Shown piece after piece: positions 45,656 to 58,825 of a stretch of 64,000 bases of DNA (its first letter is position 1; every line of letters begins with the position of its first letter). The DNA is taken from assembly GCA_043228905.1 (NCBI GenBank), contig JBHGNT010000008.1, forward strand, positions 12,028,001-12,092,000, read 5' to 3'. A program made the position numbers and the translations under genes. The notes beneath the pieces were generated by a model. The model was given only the letters and a program-made list of their open reading frames with translations. It had not been told where the DNA came from and searched no databases. This stretch comes from Azolla caroliniana (lineage: Eukaryota; Plantae; Polypodiophyta).

Positions 45656-48600
45656 ATGTCGTATGAAGAGGAGACACTGGTCGGTTATAAGCGCCCTCGT
45701 ACAAGGTCAGTTACGAAGGCAGTGCAGGAAGCGTTCATTGCGCAAGAACAGCCGGAATCAAGCACAAAGTGGTCGAAACTTCCTGACTTATCCGACCAAT
45801 TACCTTCAGACGAAAAACAGACGGAAGAGGTATCGTTTTACGACATTTGGGACGATATGCCTTATACTTATTCTAAGTTCCGGGAAGGAACAGATGCGGA
45901 AGCACATGTTAGGGATTTCTTAACGACATGGGAGATTAACCATGGAGCTCAGCGATTGTCGGCAGATGCCGAAGATAAGTCAAAAATTGCTGAGTTCGTC
46001 TTATCATTAGACGGATATTCCGCCAATTGGTTTGCGCAGAACGGTCTTCAAGGATTTCCATCCTTTGAAGTGTTAAATAGTAAATTTTTACAATTATTTC
46101 ATCAACAAATTCCGCAGAAGGATTTGATTGCACAATTTTATGCGTTATATCAAGAAAAAAATGAAACAGTATCTCAGTTTGTGATACGATTTCAGAACTT
46201 ACAGCTTCAGATTTCAAGGCCGATTCCGGATAATGAATTAAAAGAAGTCTTTCTAGAAGCTGTAAAAGAACCATTAAGGACGACATTGAAAGTGTTCGAT
46301 TTTCGAAATCAGACTATCGAACAAGTAATTGATAAAGCAATAGAAATGGGTCGACCACCGGTCAATGTTCAGAGTATGGACATGTCGGCATTACAACGTA
46401 CATTACCAACAATAGAGGAGTTACAATTTCGTCAAGCAGTTCAATGCACCACTTGTTTAAATACGGGGCATTCGGCAATTGAATGTACGTTAAGAACACA
46501 TTGTACAATATGTCATTCAAAATTACATTCAGTAGAACAATGTGAATATAATCTACTTAATAAAACTACGGCGTCAGTACGACAAATTTTTACTGACAAT
46601 GGTTACCAAAATAACACTAATTTGTTCAATGGTTATCAAAATAATAATTTTTCAGCAAAATGTACAACAAAATCCAACTTTTCAACAAAATACGGTTCTA
46701 CAGCCAAATCAGATCTTTTCACAACAAAATATGCAACCCACTCAAGTGACTCGAGCATTTCAACCAGGTTTTGCTCAATCCAACCCACCATTCGTACAGA
46801 ATCCGAATCAATATTTTCAACAAAATAATCAAAGTTTCCAACAAGGTAACCCACCATTTCAAGGGTTTCAACAGAACTGTCCGAATGTGCAACCGAATTC
46901 TGCATTTCAACCGGGTAATATGACCTTCCAACATAATACTCAAACCGTTCCACAAAATAATCAAATGTTTCAACAGAATAATTTTCCGCCAAATCAGGAG
47001 TTCGGGATAACACAAAATGTAGCACAACCAAATGATAATACCGAACAATTTAGGCAGAATCGGTATAAAAATAAGAAATTTTACAAACCAAAAGGTACAC
47101 GTCAATTCCAACAAAACCAGAGTGGTAATGAAGAGCAGCATTTTAATAACGGCCAATTTGCACATGGAGAGACCGGTGGAACATTTGTACCCACTTGTTA
47201 TATTTGTCGACAACTAGGCCATTATGCTAATCAATGTCCGATTAAAGGAAAGGGTTCAACAGTTAATATGGTAATACCGGAAGTTCAGCAAGTAACGACA
47301 CGCAGCAAAAGCAAACAATCAGAGTGGGAAATTCAGGAAGAAGTTCGGAAGGCGGCAAAAGAATGGGTTGACGAAGCAAATCAAAGTAATGTGAATCGAA
47401 TGTTACAAGACAATAACATTGACCAGAACATCGCTGTACAACAGTCATTGGGGAATAAGGAACAGGAAGAAACTTGGAAATTGTTGGCTGATTGCCAAGT
47501 GTCATTGTCACTTACGGGCCTACTTAAGTTAGTACCAAGGTTTACAGAAAAAGTGGCAACATTAATTGCATATAAAGGTTCCGAACAAATAGCAGTACAC
47601 TACAATCAGCCAAGTAATAACCCTTCGATCATGGATGAATAGAATCCGTCGATTAAGGTAATACTTTACGGGCAAGAAATCGGAAATGTGATTATAGATG
47701 GAGGCTCGGGAGTTAATGTGATTAACAAAGCTACATGTGAAAAACTAGGAATCACGGAATGGGAAGCATGTCCGTTTTGGTTACGAATGGCAGATACAAG
47801 TACGGTACGACCGATTGGTTTGCTTCGACAACTGGATGTAATAATCGAGGGACACAATTTTCAGATTTCGGCAGTAATTTTGCAGTTAGAAACACAGGGA
47901 GCATACCCCTTGTTATTGGGGAGACCATGGTTAAAGACAGCTAATATCAAACAAAATTGGAAACAAAATGTGCTAACATTTAGGAAAGGAAAAACTAAGG
48001 TCAGGATTCCGACGCACAACAAAGTGACAACAAGCAAACAGAGTTTACCTGTACATGCAGAAGCAGTTAATATGATGGAAGGATTGGACGAGGAAGAAGA
48101 AAGTCAGTATTTTAATGATAATCAGAAAATCATCCCTCTATTTGAGGTAGATATTTTGCAAGCATTAACACCATATGTAGACTCACACGAAGAAGTGCCA
48201 ATAGATGAGCAAACAATGAAAGAAATACGAATGCAACAAGAAGCTACAGATAAGGAAATGAAGGTATCTCAGAGAGTGCAAGCCTCAGCATTAGAGGAGA
48301 TCGATTTGGCAGGAGTAGAGGATGGTGAAAGAAAAACAGTCTTGATTGCTAGAGATTTGGCGGAAAATGACAAATGGACATTAACAACATTACTATTACA
48401 ATATAAAGATGTTTTTGCATGGTCGTTTGACGATATGAAAGGTCTGGATCCCGCTTTTTGTCAACATCAAATCAATTTGCATAAAGATGCAAAGCCAGTA
48501 CAACAACGTAGGTACAGGTTGAATCTGAATTATGCTATCAAAGTAAAAGAAGAAATCGATAAACTCTTAAAAGTAGGATTTATTCGACCCGTCAAAAAAA

Positions 48601-50436
48601 TCAACATGGCTGAGTCCGATAGTAGTAGTCCCGAAAAAGAATGGGAAAATTCGCGTATGTGTGGATTACAGAAAATTGAATGCAGCGACAATTACGGATG
48701 CGTTTCCGTTGCCATTCACAGATGGGATATTAGATGCAGTAGTTGGACATGAAATTTATAGTTTCTTGGATGGGTTCAGTGGGTACAACCAAGTACGGAT
48801 GAATCCGGAAGATCAGGAAAAGACAGCTTTTGTCACAAAATGGGGTGTCTTTGTGGCAGTAGTAATGATGTTCGGTTTAAAAACAGCTCCAACTACATTT
48901 CAGCGGGTAATACAGGAAATATTCGGGGAATATATTCCAGCGTTCATGCAGGTGTTTTTAGATGATTTTGCGGTATATAGTCGGAAAGCTGATCATTTTG
49001 AGCATTTACGGCTATGTTTAGAAAAATGTTGAAAAGGGCGTCTTAGCTTAAATCCAGCTAAATGCGCATTCGGAGTAATGAGTGGTATGTTATTTGGGCA
49101 TATTGTCAGTCAAGAAGGGATTGCAGTGGACCCAGACAAAGTTAAAGCAATTATTGAGGCAACACCACCGACAAATGCTAAAGCTCTAAGTAGATTTTTG
49201 GGTCAAATTCGGTGGCACAGTAGAATGATGAGATATCTAGCAGACATTGCTATTCCGTTACACACAGCAGTACACACAGTTCCTTTTATATGGACAAGTA
49301 TAGAACAAGATGCATACGAATGTCTCAAGAAGATGCTGACAAAGGTTCCGGTAGTCCAACCACCGGACTGGAACAAACCATTTCATGTTTTCGTCGATGC
49401 GTCGGACATTGCCATAGGTAGTGCTTTAATGCAATTATCCGAACCAAACTCGTATAGGCCGGTATACTATGCCAGTAGGAAACTTTCGTCGGCCGAAAGA
49501 AACTATTCAACAACCGAAAGAGAAGCTTTGGGAATGATATATAGTGTGAACAAATTTCGACATTACCTTTTGGGTAAGAAATTTACATTTCATGTGGATC
49601 ATTCGGCTCTACTGTATCTAGTTTCCAAACAAGAATTGACAGGCAAGTTAGCCAGATGGACGTTATTGCTTCAAGAGTTTGAATTCAACATTATACATCG
49701 ACCAGGAGCACAGCACGCGATTGCTGACTATCTCAGTCGGCTTGAATCTGGAGAAGAAGCGGTTGGTGTTAAAGATGATTTTCTAGATACTCAATTATTT
49801 CGGGTTGAGACAGTAAAAGCACAAGAAATGAATGAGGAAAAAGAGGATGAATGGATTTCCGAAATGACGATATTTCTATCAACAGGAATTCCGGCCGAAC
49901 ACATGTCGACAGATGAAAGAAAAAGAATTGCAGTACGAAGTCAAAATTTTTGTTTATTTAATGACATGTTGTATCATAAAGGAGCGGATGGAATATGGCG
50001 AAGGGCAGTACGGAAATTTGAAAAATTAGCCATATTAACAGAGTCACATTGTGGAATTGCTGGCGGTCATTACGCAGGAGAAGCAACGGCTAGAAAAATA
50101 TGGAATAGCGGGTTATGGTGGCCAACGGTGATGAAAGATGCTAACGAATACTGTAAGAAATGCGATTTGTGTCAAAGAATGGGGCAACCGACCGAAAAGG
50201 ATCGAATGCCTTTTCAACCGGTTTTACCTCTTGAGCCATTTCAGAAATGGGGCTTAGATTTTGTTGGCCCATTCAAACCAGCAGCTGCAAGAACCGGTAA
50301 TCGATATATCATAATTGCGACTGACTATTGCACAAAATGGGTTGAAGCAAAAGCTCTCAGAGACAATACAACAACATCCACAACAAAATTCCTGTATGAA
50401 AATATATGGTGTCGATTCGGTTGCCCAATAGAATTA
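45656..50436 (+). pseudogene. gag-pol: gag-pol of A5 (three CCHC knuckles, Q/N-rich region, PR, RT, RH, partial INT)
   Basis: Gag ETVSQFVIRF, CTTC..H..C, CTIC..H..C, CYIC..H..C, IIDGGSG, FLDD. Few disruptions. Confidence 0.92.
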
Positions 50437-50669
50437 CTAACTTTTACATGCCTTGTGCCTCCTTTTATACTGTTCTTAGGAGTACTCCTGAAGTTTCTAG
50501 AATGTTTCAAAGAAATATGGAATATACATCAATTTTCTATAGTAAAACTTAAATAAAAATAATATCTTTTATATTACAACATATACTAGTCTAATGGTTA
50601 AGAGCTCGCCCCATGTAACATAAGGTCATGGGTTCGAGTCTTGCCATATCATGACACTATCCCCCCTTA

Positions 50670-53600
50670 AAATGATGAATGTCACGAGTCACTTTGGATT
50701 GAGAACCCAGTTTGTTTGGATATTGACGATGGAATTCTTCAAGAAGAGCATGAGCATTGGTCACATTCTCTATTGGTTCCCAAGCTCACTAGGACTATAT
50801 CCTAGCCAATCGACTAAATAGTAGAGCTTGTTGCGAACAATCTTGGAATCGAAGATGGTGGCAACCTCGTACTCAAGTTCATCTTCAAGTTTGATTGGGG
50901 GTGGAGGCTGTTTAATACGACCTGGGATGGTGCTATCTTGATAGGGTTCGAGGAGAGAACTATGAAACACCGGATGTATCCGAAGTTGTGGAGGTAGATC
51001 GAGATGAAAAGCGACATCATTAATTTTTCCGATAATACAGAAAGGACCTAATCGCTGATAATCCAACTTCTCGCATGGGTGAGTAGTCTTGATGTGTCGT
51101 CGTAGTAGCCATACCCGATCTCCAATGTTAAAATTGGATGGAAGCCGATGACGATCCGCGTAAACCTTGTGTGTCTGTTGAGCTTGTTGTAGATGAGTAG
51201 ATAAATCCTCTTGGAACTTGCATAACTGCTCCAAACGATCCTTTGTGCAAGGATTTGTGGGTAACTTTGGGGTTTCAAATACACACCACCGTGGGTGACA
51301 ACACGTATAAGCATAAAATGGTTATTATACGCAAATTCGGCGAAGTGGAGAATATCCACTCAGTCATCTTGATGATAGCTTAGAAAGCACCGAAGATACT
51401 ACTGCTCCAGTGTTTGATTTGTTCGTTCTGCTTGGCCGTCTATTTGCGGGTGGTAGCCAGAGGAGAGGTTACAAGTGACCTTGAGCATTTTAAAGAGGTT
51501 CTTCCTAAATTTCGAGACGAACTGGGGTCCACAGTCGCTGATGATACTATTGGGAAGGCCATGATGCCGACATACTTCACACATGACAATTTCAGCGGTT
51601 TCCTCACTAGAGATTTCCTTAGTACATGGCAGGAAATGGGCCATCTTCGTATATCGATCTACTACTGTTAAGATCACATCGAATCCCTTAGAGACCGGAA
51701 GATCTGTGATGAAATCTAGAGCAATGGATTGCAATGGATTTGCAATGGATTGTCACAGCTTGCTTGGAATTGGTAATGGTTCTAATAAACCATATGGATG
51801 ATGCCTTGGCATTTTTGCTCTGCAACATGTATCACAAGTCCGAACAAAATCTTCGACAAATTGTCGCATATGGGGCCACCAGAGTGATCGTTGTACTAAA
51901 TGTAATGTTTTAATACTACCAAAATGCCCAGTTGTATATGTGTCATGATAGTTTTGGACTACTCAAAGGCGACAAGAACCATTAGGAACATACAAGAGTT
52001 TCTTAAAGAATAGTAATCCATCATGACATTCAAATTGTCGATAGTTCGTACCTGGTTGTTGCGACTGTGAACAAGATGCTTGAGAGGGATCAATTTATGC
52101 TAGAATGGCTTGGGCGAAAGCATCAGTCTTCGAGTCCTCACGTATGGTATCGATAACGTGGGAATCTAAGGGCATACCGAGACTTGCGTTGCTTGCAATC
52201 GTGCCGGTCCAAGGATTACTTGCTTTTGGTTATTGCAAGTTGGCTCGCCAGGATGCGGTGCTAGATACGAGTGTCATGATAATGCATCTACCTTCCCTTG
52301 TTGCTTCCCCGGATGATATGTAATTTTGAAGTTGAAATGAGTGAGGAATTGGGTCCACCGAGCTTGACGTCGATTTAACACACGAGCATTCTGAAAGTAG
52401 GCAAGGTTTTTGTGATCACTGAATACAATGACTTGATGAGAAGATCCCTCTAGAAAATGCCTCTATTGCGTAAAAGATTCCACTATTGCTAAAAGCTCCT
52501 TATCATGAATTTCATAGTTGATTTCAATGGCGTCAAACTTACGTGAGTGTAAAGCCACAGGATGGAGTTTTTCATCATCCCCTTGTTGTGACAAAATGCT
52601 ACCCAAGGCGAAATCCGACGGGTCTGCTTCGATAATAAATGGTCTTTCTGGATCAACATGAGCTAGAATAGGAGCTGATGTAAATGCCTTCTTAAGACTC
52701 TCAAAAGCCATGTCTGCTTCTTCAGACCAAACGAATGATTGTCCCTTCCTGGTAAGTTATGTGAGAGGCAGAACAAGCTTTGAGTAATCCTGTATAAACT
52801 TGCAGTAGAAATTGGCAAAGCCTAAAAAGCATTGCACATCTCGCAATGAATGTGGAGTTTGCCACTCTACCACCGTTTTGACCTTAGTTGGATCCATGGA
52901 GATGCCTTCCGGGGAAATGACATAGCCTAGAAATTCTACCTGGTTGCACTCGAAACTACATTTTTCCAGCTTTGCATAAGGACCATGTTCTCGAAGTCGT
53001 TTTAGTACTAATAGTACCTGAGAATCATGCTCTTCTTCGGTCTTCGAATAAACCAGTAGATCATCCAAATAGATGATCAAACAAATATCCAAGACATCTT
53101 GGAATATATCATTTGCCATGTGCTGGAAGACTGTTGGCGCATTAGTGAGGCTGAATGGCATGACCGTATACTCGAAGTGCCCATATCTAGTGCAAAACAC
53201 GATCTTCCATTCATCTCCTGGTCGGATCCGTATGAGGTTATATGCTCATCGTAAGTCGATCTTTGTGAAGAACCTTGCACCATTGATCCGTTCTAAAAGA
53301 CTTGAGATAAGGGGAAGTGCATACTTATTCCTGATGGTGACCTTATTCAAGCCACGATAATCTACGACGAGACGAAGTGATCCATCCTTTTTCTTGACGA
53401 AGAAAATGGGTGTGCCAACTGGAAATTTCGAATGTCGAATGAAACCATTTGCCAAATTCTCCTCTATATAGGCTCAAAGGACTTCTAGCTCGGTTGGTGA
53501 CAAATTGTAGATCGGTCCCCATGGTGGCTCTTTTCCCGGTTGTAAATCGATGGGGCAATCATACGGTCGATGGTGAGGAAGCGTATTGGCTTGTACTTTG

Positions 53601-55213
53601 TCGAACACATCGGCATATTGACGATACTTCTCTGGAAGTTGAACGGTGGACTCCTCTTTAGTGGTGTTGGAGGGTTTTACTAATACTGCGAAGAGAAACA
53701 TTTCTTCCTTGCGCCCTTCCTCACGCAACTGATGTAGCGAAATGGTTGCAATCTTATGAGTAGATCCTTGGGTTTGTCGTTACTAGATTTCTCCTGTTCT
53801 CCAATCTATGTCTGGGTTATGTAATTTGAACCATGGTAATCCCAAAACAATGGGATGTTCTAGGATACTAATGATATTAACGGATACTACACATGCTAAA
53901 TTATCTAGGACAATATTAAAGGGCTCTGACTCTTCTATTATATTTCCAGAAGCAATGGGACGACCATCAATGACTACTACAGAGGCTAGACACGGGAGTT
54001 TTCTTAGGGATATCTAATGAGCTTGAGCAAAATTCCTATCCATGAAGCAAGAATTAGCTCCGGAATCTACGAGTGCTGAGACATGTACTAGAGAGGTACT
54101 TTTAGTACTAACTATTACTTGGGCTAAGAACAGATTGCTAACTTGATTAGAGGGAATGGAACCACTAATGGGTTGCACAGATCTAGGGCTGTCCAACCAA
54201 ACGGCTCCAATTTTGGTTGGACTTAGTCGTTTAACTCTTATTCTAACTAACTAAGGACATCAAATTTGTTCAATAGATTTGGGCTATTTGTACTATTAGG
54301 ACGATCAGATAGTTCTACTGAAATAGACTCAGGTTTAGTACAATTAGAACTAACGACTATTTGGTTTACTTGTCTTCTTGGCTTATGGGGACAGTTCATT
54401 GCAATATGCCCTGGTCCACCGCAATAAAGACATAGTCGATTTGCTCGGCGTTGTTGCTTTTGACCCTTCCGATAATGGTCCACGACGATGTGTAGTGTCA
54501 ACTTCCATCGGAGTTGTAGTATTCACTAGAGAAGCATTATATGACTCCCTTGGAAAAGGTTTTGCTACCACTGAGGCATAGGTGGGCTCTGATCTTTCCC
54601 TTGGCATCTGGTATTGATGTTCCTTGACATCGTTACATAGACCATAACAAAAATGCTCCATTAGGACTTGGTCATCCTAGGGGATATCGGAGGCAAGTAG
54701 GTGGAAATCTACAACGTATACGGAGGCTGGACAATCATCTTGACGTAATTGTCGGATTTTGTTGATTGTTGTCCTTATGTTGTCAGTATCTCCAAAACAG
54801 GCTTTAAACTCACTTAAAAACTCTTCAAAATTGTTTAGTAAAGGAGATTCCTTTTCTAACAACGGTGGGATATCGGGAAGGATGCATTTGAATGAATAAT
54901 CATACCTGATCAAGGAATCCTCTAAACTACGATCGCATTCCATCGAATTTCATGGGAAGGCCGATCTTGGGTTCTTTATGAATCCCTTGCGTACTCGGTC
55001 CTTGTTGTTGCATCACCACTATGGTTGCTTCGAGTTGTTGCACGCGTAACACTAGTTCTCCATGTTGTTGTTGTGTTTGCTACTTCTCTAAGGAGATTTG
55101 TTGAAGATCCCCCAACAGTAGTTGATTTTCTTGTCCCAATGCGAAAAACTTCTCTTTCAAGCATTGCAAATCCGAAAAAACGGATTGATATTCTTCAGCA
55201 CTAACAATGGCCA
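50670..55213 (-). pseudogene. gag-pol: gag-pol of chromovirus G
   Basis: CLYCGGPGHIAMNC, LVDSGA, RT, RH, INT and chromodomain fragments. Confidence 0.9.
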
Positions 55214-55310
55214 TAGTATGAGAGAAAAGAGGAATAAGAGATTAGTATGAAGGGAGGGAGAAGTAAGAAGATAAAGGAAGAGAAGGAATGAGACGAAAAT
55301 TGGTTCAAAC

Positions 55311-55753
55311 TATCGGGAACAGTACTAAGACAGAGAAGGAATTAGTACTAAAAAGATGAGGATTTGTACTAAGGGTGGTGTAGAACTCTCGAGAGAAGGA
55401 AAGAGTGAGTGTGTGAGAGAGAGAGATCGGGAGAGAGAGAAAGAGAGAGAGAGAATGATGATAACGAAAGATATATATTATGTTAAGAGAATATACAATA
55501 GTAGCTAGGAGGCTTAAGACTGGCGTTGAACCGATTTGGTTCGAAATAATGCCTTGTGCCTCCTTTTATACTGTTCTCAGGAGTACTCTTGAAGTTTCTA
55601 GAATGTTCTAGAGAAATCTAGAATATACATCAATTTTCTAAAGTAAAAATTAAATGAAAATAATATTCTTTGTATTATAACATATAGTCTAATGGTTAAG
55701 AGCTTGACCCATGTAACATAAGGTCATGGGTTCGTGTCTTGCCATATCATAAC
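55311..55753 (-). repeat. 5' LTR of G
   Basis: Matches the joined pieces of the 3' LTR. Confidence 0.9.
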
Positions 55754-56739
55754 CAAGAAGAATGACAAGGTTAGGGTATGTGTGGACTATTGAAAATTAA
55801 ATCCGGCCACGATGATAGTTGCATGTTCGTTACCATTACAGATGGAGTTCTTGATGCAGTAGCAAGCCATGAAATATATGTACTTTTCTGGATGGATTTA
55901 GTAGTTATAACCGGGTTCGGATGCACCCCAATGATCTGGAAAAGACAGTGTTCGTCATCGAATGGGGAGTATTTGTAGCAGTTGTGATGATGTTCGGCCT
56001 GAAAACAACTTCGGCTACATTTCAAAGGGTCATTCAAGAAACTTTTGCAGATTATATACCAGCATATGCAAGTATTTTTGGATGATTTTGTAGTTTACAA
56101 CAGGTGAACCGATCACTTCGAACATCTTCAATTATGTTTAGAAAAGTGTCGATAGGGAAGATTGAGTTTGAATCCAACAAAATGTGCATTCGGGGTGACA
56201 AGTGGAATGCAATTAGGACATATTATCAGTCAGGAGGGGATTGTTGTCAATCCCAACAAGGTGAAATCAATAATTGAGGCACCACCACGAACAAACGCTA
56301 AAGCATTAAGCCGTTTCCTGGGCCAAATTAGATGGCATAGTCGAATGATTCGGTATTTGGCCAATGTAGCAACACCTCTCCACACGGCGGTGCATAAAAT
56401 GCCATTTCAGTGGTCGACAACAAAACAAGACGATTACGACTGTCTTAAGAAAATGCTAACTAAGGTACCAATCATCCAACCGCTTGACTAGGCAAAATAT
56501 TTTCATGTTTTTGTCGACGCATCAGATATCGCTTTGGAAGTGCCCTAATGCAATTATCAGAGCCGAACTAGTATAGACCAGTCTACTATGCAAGTTGGAA
56601 GTTGTCGGTTGCCAAGCGCAACTATTCGACAACCAAAAGGGAGGCTATTCATATGATATATGAAAAATGCAAGTTGGAAGTTGTCGGTTGCCAAGCGCAA
56701 CTATTCGACAACCAAAAGGGAGGCTATTCATATGATATA
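55754..56739 (+). pseudogene. Continuation of A4 RT-RH, with a ~79-bp tandem duplication at about 56589-56745
   Basis: [25 protein letters not shown]. Confidence 0.85.
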
Positions 56740-57143
56740 TGAAAAGAATGGCGTGCGGAAGCAATATAGGAAAACCGAACAACAGAAAACGCAGGTTTAA
56801 TGGAAAGCTTAGGTTTTCACAGTGCGCACAAGAGAGACAGAGAGAGAGTAACACAAGAACTTAATTTCGAAAAATAATACTCAATCTGTACATAGGATGT
56901 GCTCAGTGAGCACTTTTATACAAGCCCTGACAATGGGCTGACACAAGTACTGACAGTATTTGACTGCTCATAAATGAGCCTCGACACTCACTTCCAAAAC
57001 TATTCCTTACGAGGAATATCTTTCAAACGGCCTCGCGATTTACGCACCACTACGACCATGTTATGCGTACCGATTTTACGCACCCAGTCTACGCACTAGT
57101 TACGCATCGTATTACGCACAAATGTTGAGCTTGTCTCTCAACA
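56740..57143 (-). repeat. 3' LTR of F2
   Basis: Minus strand begins TGTTGAG after the PPT and ends TTTCA. Termini resemble those of F1. Confidence 0.75.
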
Positions 57144-57306
57144 CTCCCCCTCAAGCTCAACTTGAGGTTCTGCCTGCTCTGCCGGACCTACGCTCCAGCT
57201 TCTCCTAGCTCCACGCCTCGCTCGCGCTCCACGGCCTGTTCGACTCCGCGCGCTTTGACCCTTCTAGCTTGCTTGTCTGCTCCCACGGCCCTTCGCAGGT
57301 CCCTTG

Positions 57307-58093
57307 CTATCGCCGTGTTGGTGCTTCTCCTGCTGCCTTCTTTTCCGCCTGCTGCCTTCTTTTCCGCTTGGCCCTTAGTTGATTTAGTGTATCTGAATCA
57401 AACATCCGAACCGACTCGGCTACCTCCGATCGGTTTTCGGTCTCGTCCGAGTTGGCTATCTCCAACTCGTCTCCAGTCTTCTCACCCTTGACGGCGTCAT
57501 CTCCCCCATGCCTGGTTGGCTTTGGCTCTTTCTTTCGGCTACTCCCCTTGTGTCCGCTTTTGGACTCTTCCGCGGATCCGCTCTCGGCTTCTTCAACCGA
57601 TCCGAGGTCTTTTCCGCTCCTTTGCTGCTCCCTTTCGTGGTCATCTGGGACGTTTCTCCCCCTCAAGTTTGGCACGTCGAAGTGACGCAACCCAAGCGCA
57701 CCTGAAAATTTCCGCAACTTGTCCAGACCAAGAGGCTTGGTGAAGATGTCGGCGGTCTGCCGATCTGTCGGAACATATTGAAGTTCGACTTCACCAGAAA
57801 GGACATGCTCACGGACAAAATGGTAGTGCACCTCAATATGCTTGGTCCGTGCGTGGAAGACGGGGTTATTCGCGAGTTGGATGCTGCTGAGGTTGTCGTA
57901 GTAGATCGTCGTTGGATCGGACACCTCCACCTGCAGATCCTTAAGTAGCCGCTTCAACCATATGGCTTCGCATGTTGTGACAGCCGTTCCTCTATACTCG
58001 GCTTCAGTGCTCGACAGTGCAACTGTCGGCTGCTTCTTGCTACTCCACGCTATCGCGGCACTCCCAAGAGAGAACGCATGTCCGGACGTGGAT
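57307..58093 (-). pseudogene. Copia RNase H of F2 with a charged C-terminal extension
   Basis: WSSKKQPTVALSSTEAEY, HARTKHIEVHYHF, ADIFTKPL. Confidence 0.88.
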
Positions 58094-58098
58094 CAGTG

Positions 58099-58368
58099 TG
58101 TTAAACACGGTGCTCGGCCACAACCGAGGAATAGGATCAACTCACACAGAAAACGGGAAATACCAAGATGCACGAAGACAATAGAGAGAAAAGTACACAG
58201 GATGTTTTACGTGGAAAACCCTAAATGGGAAAAAAAACCACGGAAGTCCTCAAACTCCAACTATCACTATGAACAGAGATGTACAATGGTGAAGCCACAA
58301 GGCAACAACCTTGAGCTCACTGTCTTCGCCAACAGGCGGCGGTAATACACAGAGGCAACGACCTCTTC

Positions 58369-58413
<45 letters not shown>

Positions 58414-58815
58414 CTGCTCTCTTCACTCTCTCTAAGTGGAAAACAGAAAATGAGCAACAACAGCTAAACTGTTTGCCCTAAGTCATATTTATACACATAT
58501 GACTTTCGGGCTATTTACAAATATAGTCTCCGCATCCGGATCTCTCTCCGGGTACATTCATCATCCGGCTCCGTAGCCGGGGTCTTCGTCATCCGGCTCC
58601 GTAACCGGGGTCTTCATCATCCGGCTCCGTAGCCGGGTCTTCGTCATCCGGCACCGTAGCCGGGGTCATCTCTTCGTCATCCGGCTCCGTAGCCGGGGTC
58701 TTCATCATCCGGCTCCGTAACCGGGTACTCTTCATCCTCCGGTTCCGTAACCGCAACCAGGCCTGCCGTCATTCATCTCCGGACATCCCATCCGGAGGGA
58801 CCGAAAATCCCAACA
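58099..58815 (-). repeat. 3' LTR of E2
   Basis: Direct repeat of 62930-63632. Confidence 0.95.
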
Positions 58816-58825
58816 AACTCCCCCT

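Larger units (their letters stand above)
45141..50448 (+). mobile_element. Family A-like copy 5 (AT-richer subfamily): 5' LTR, PBS and gag-pol truncated in integrase
   Basis: TSD TGCCT (45136-40 and 50449-53). LTR TGTTA...TAACA at 45141-45596. Confidence 0.9.
44530..55753 (-). mobile_element. Chromovirus (Tcn1/Tf1-sushi-like) element G, degenerate; its 3' LTR is split by A5
   Basis: 5' LTR 55311-55753. 3' LTR 44530-45140 plus 50449-50656. PPT next to 50657. RT ([13 protein letters not shown]), INT (IALDFITDLP) and chromodomain (YEV...YLVDWLGY). Confidence 0.92.

Noticed and set aside
50585-50650. Functional tRNA genes here and at 14467, 29271 and 55685
   Set aside because: A/B boxes are present, but no convincing acceptor or anticodon stems could be folded by eye.
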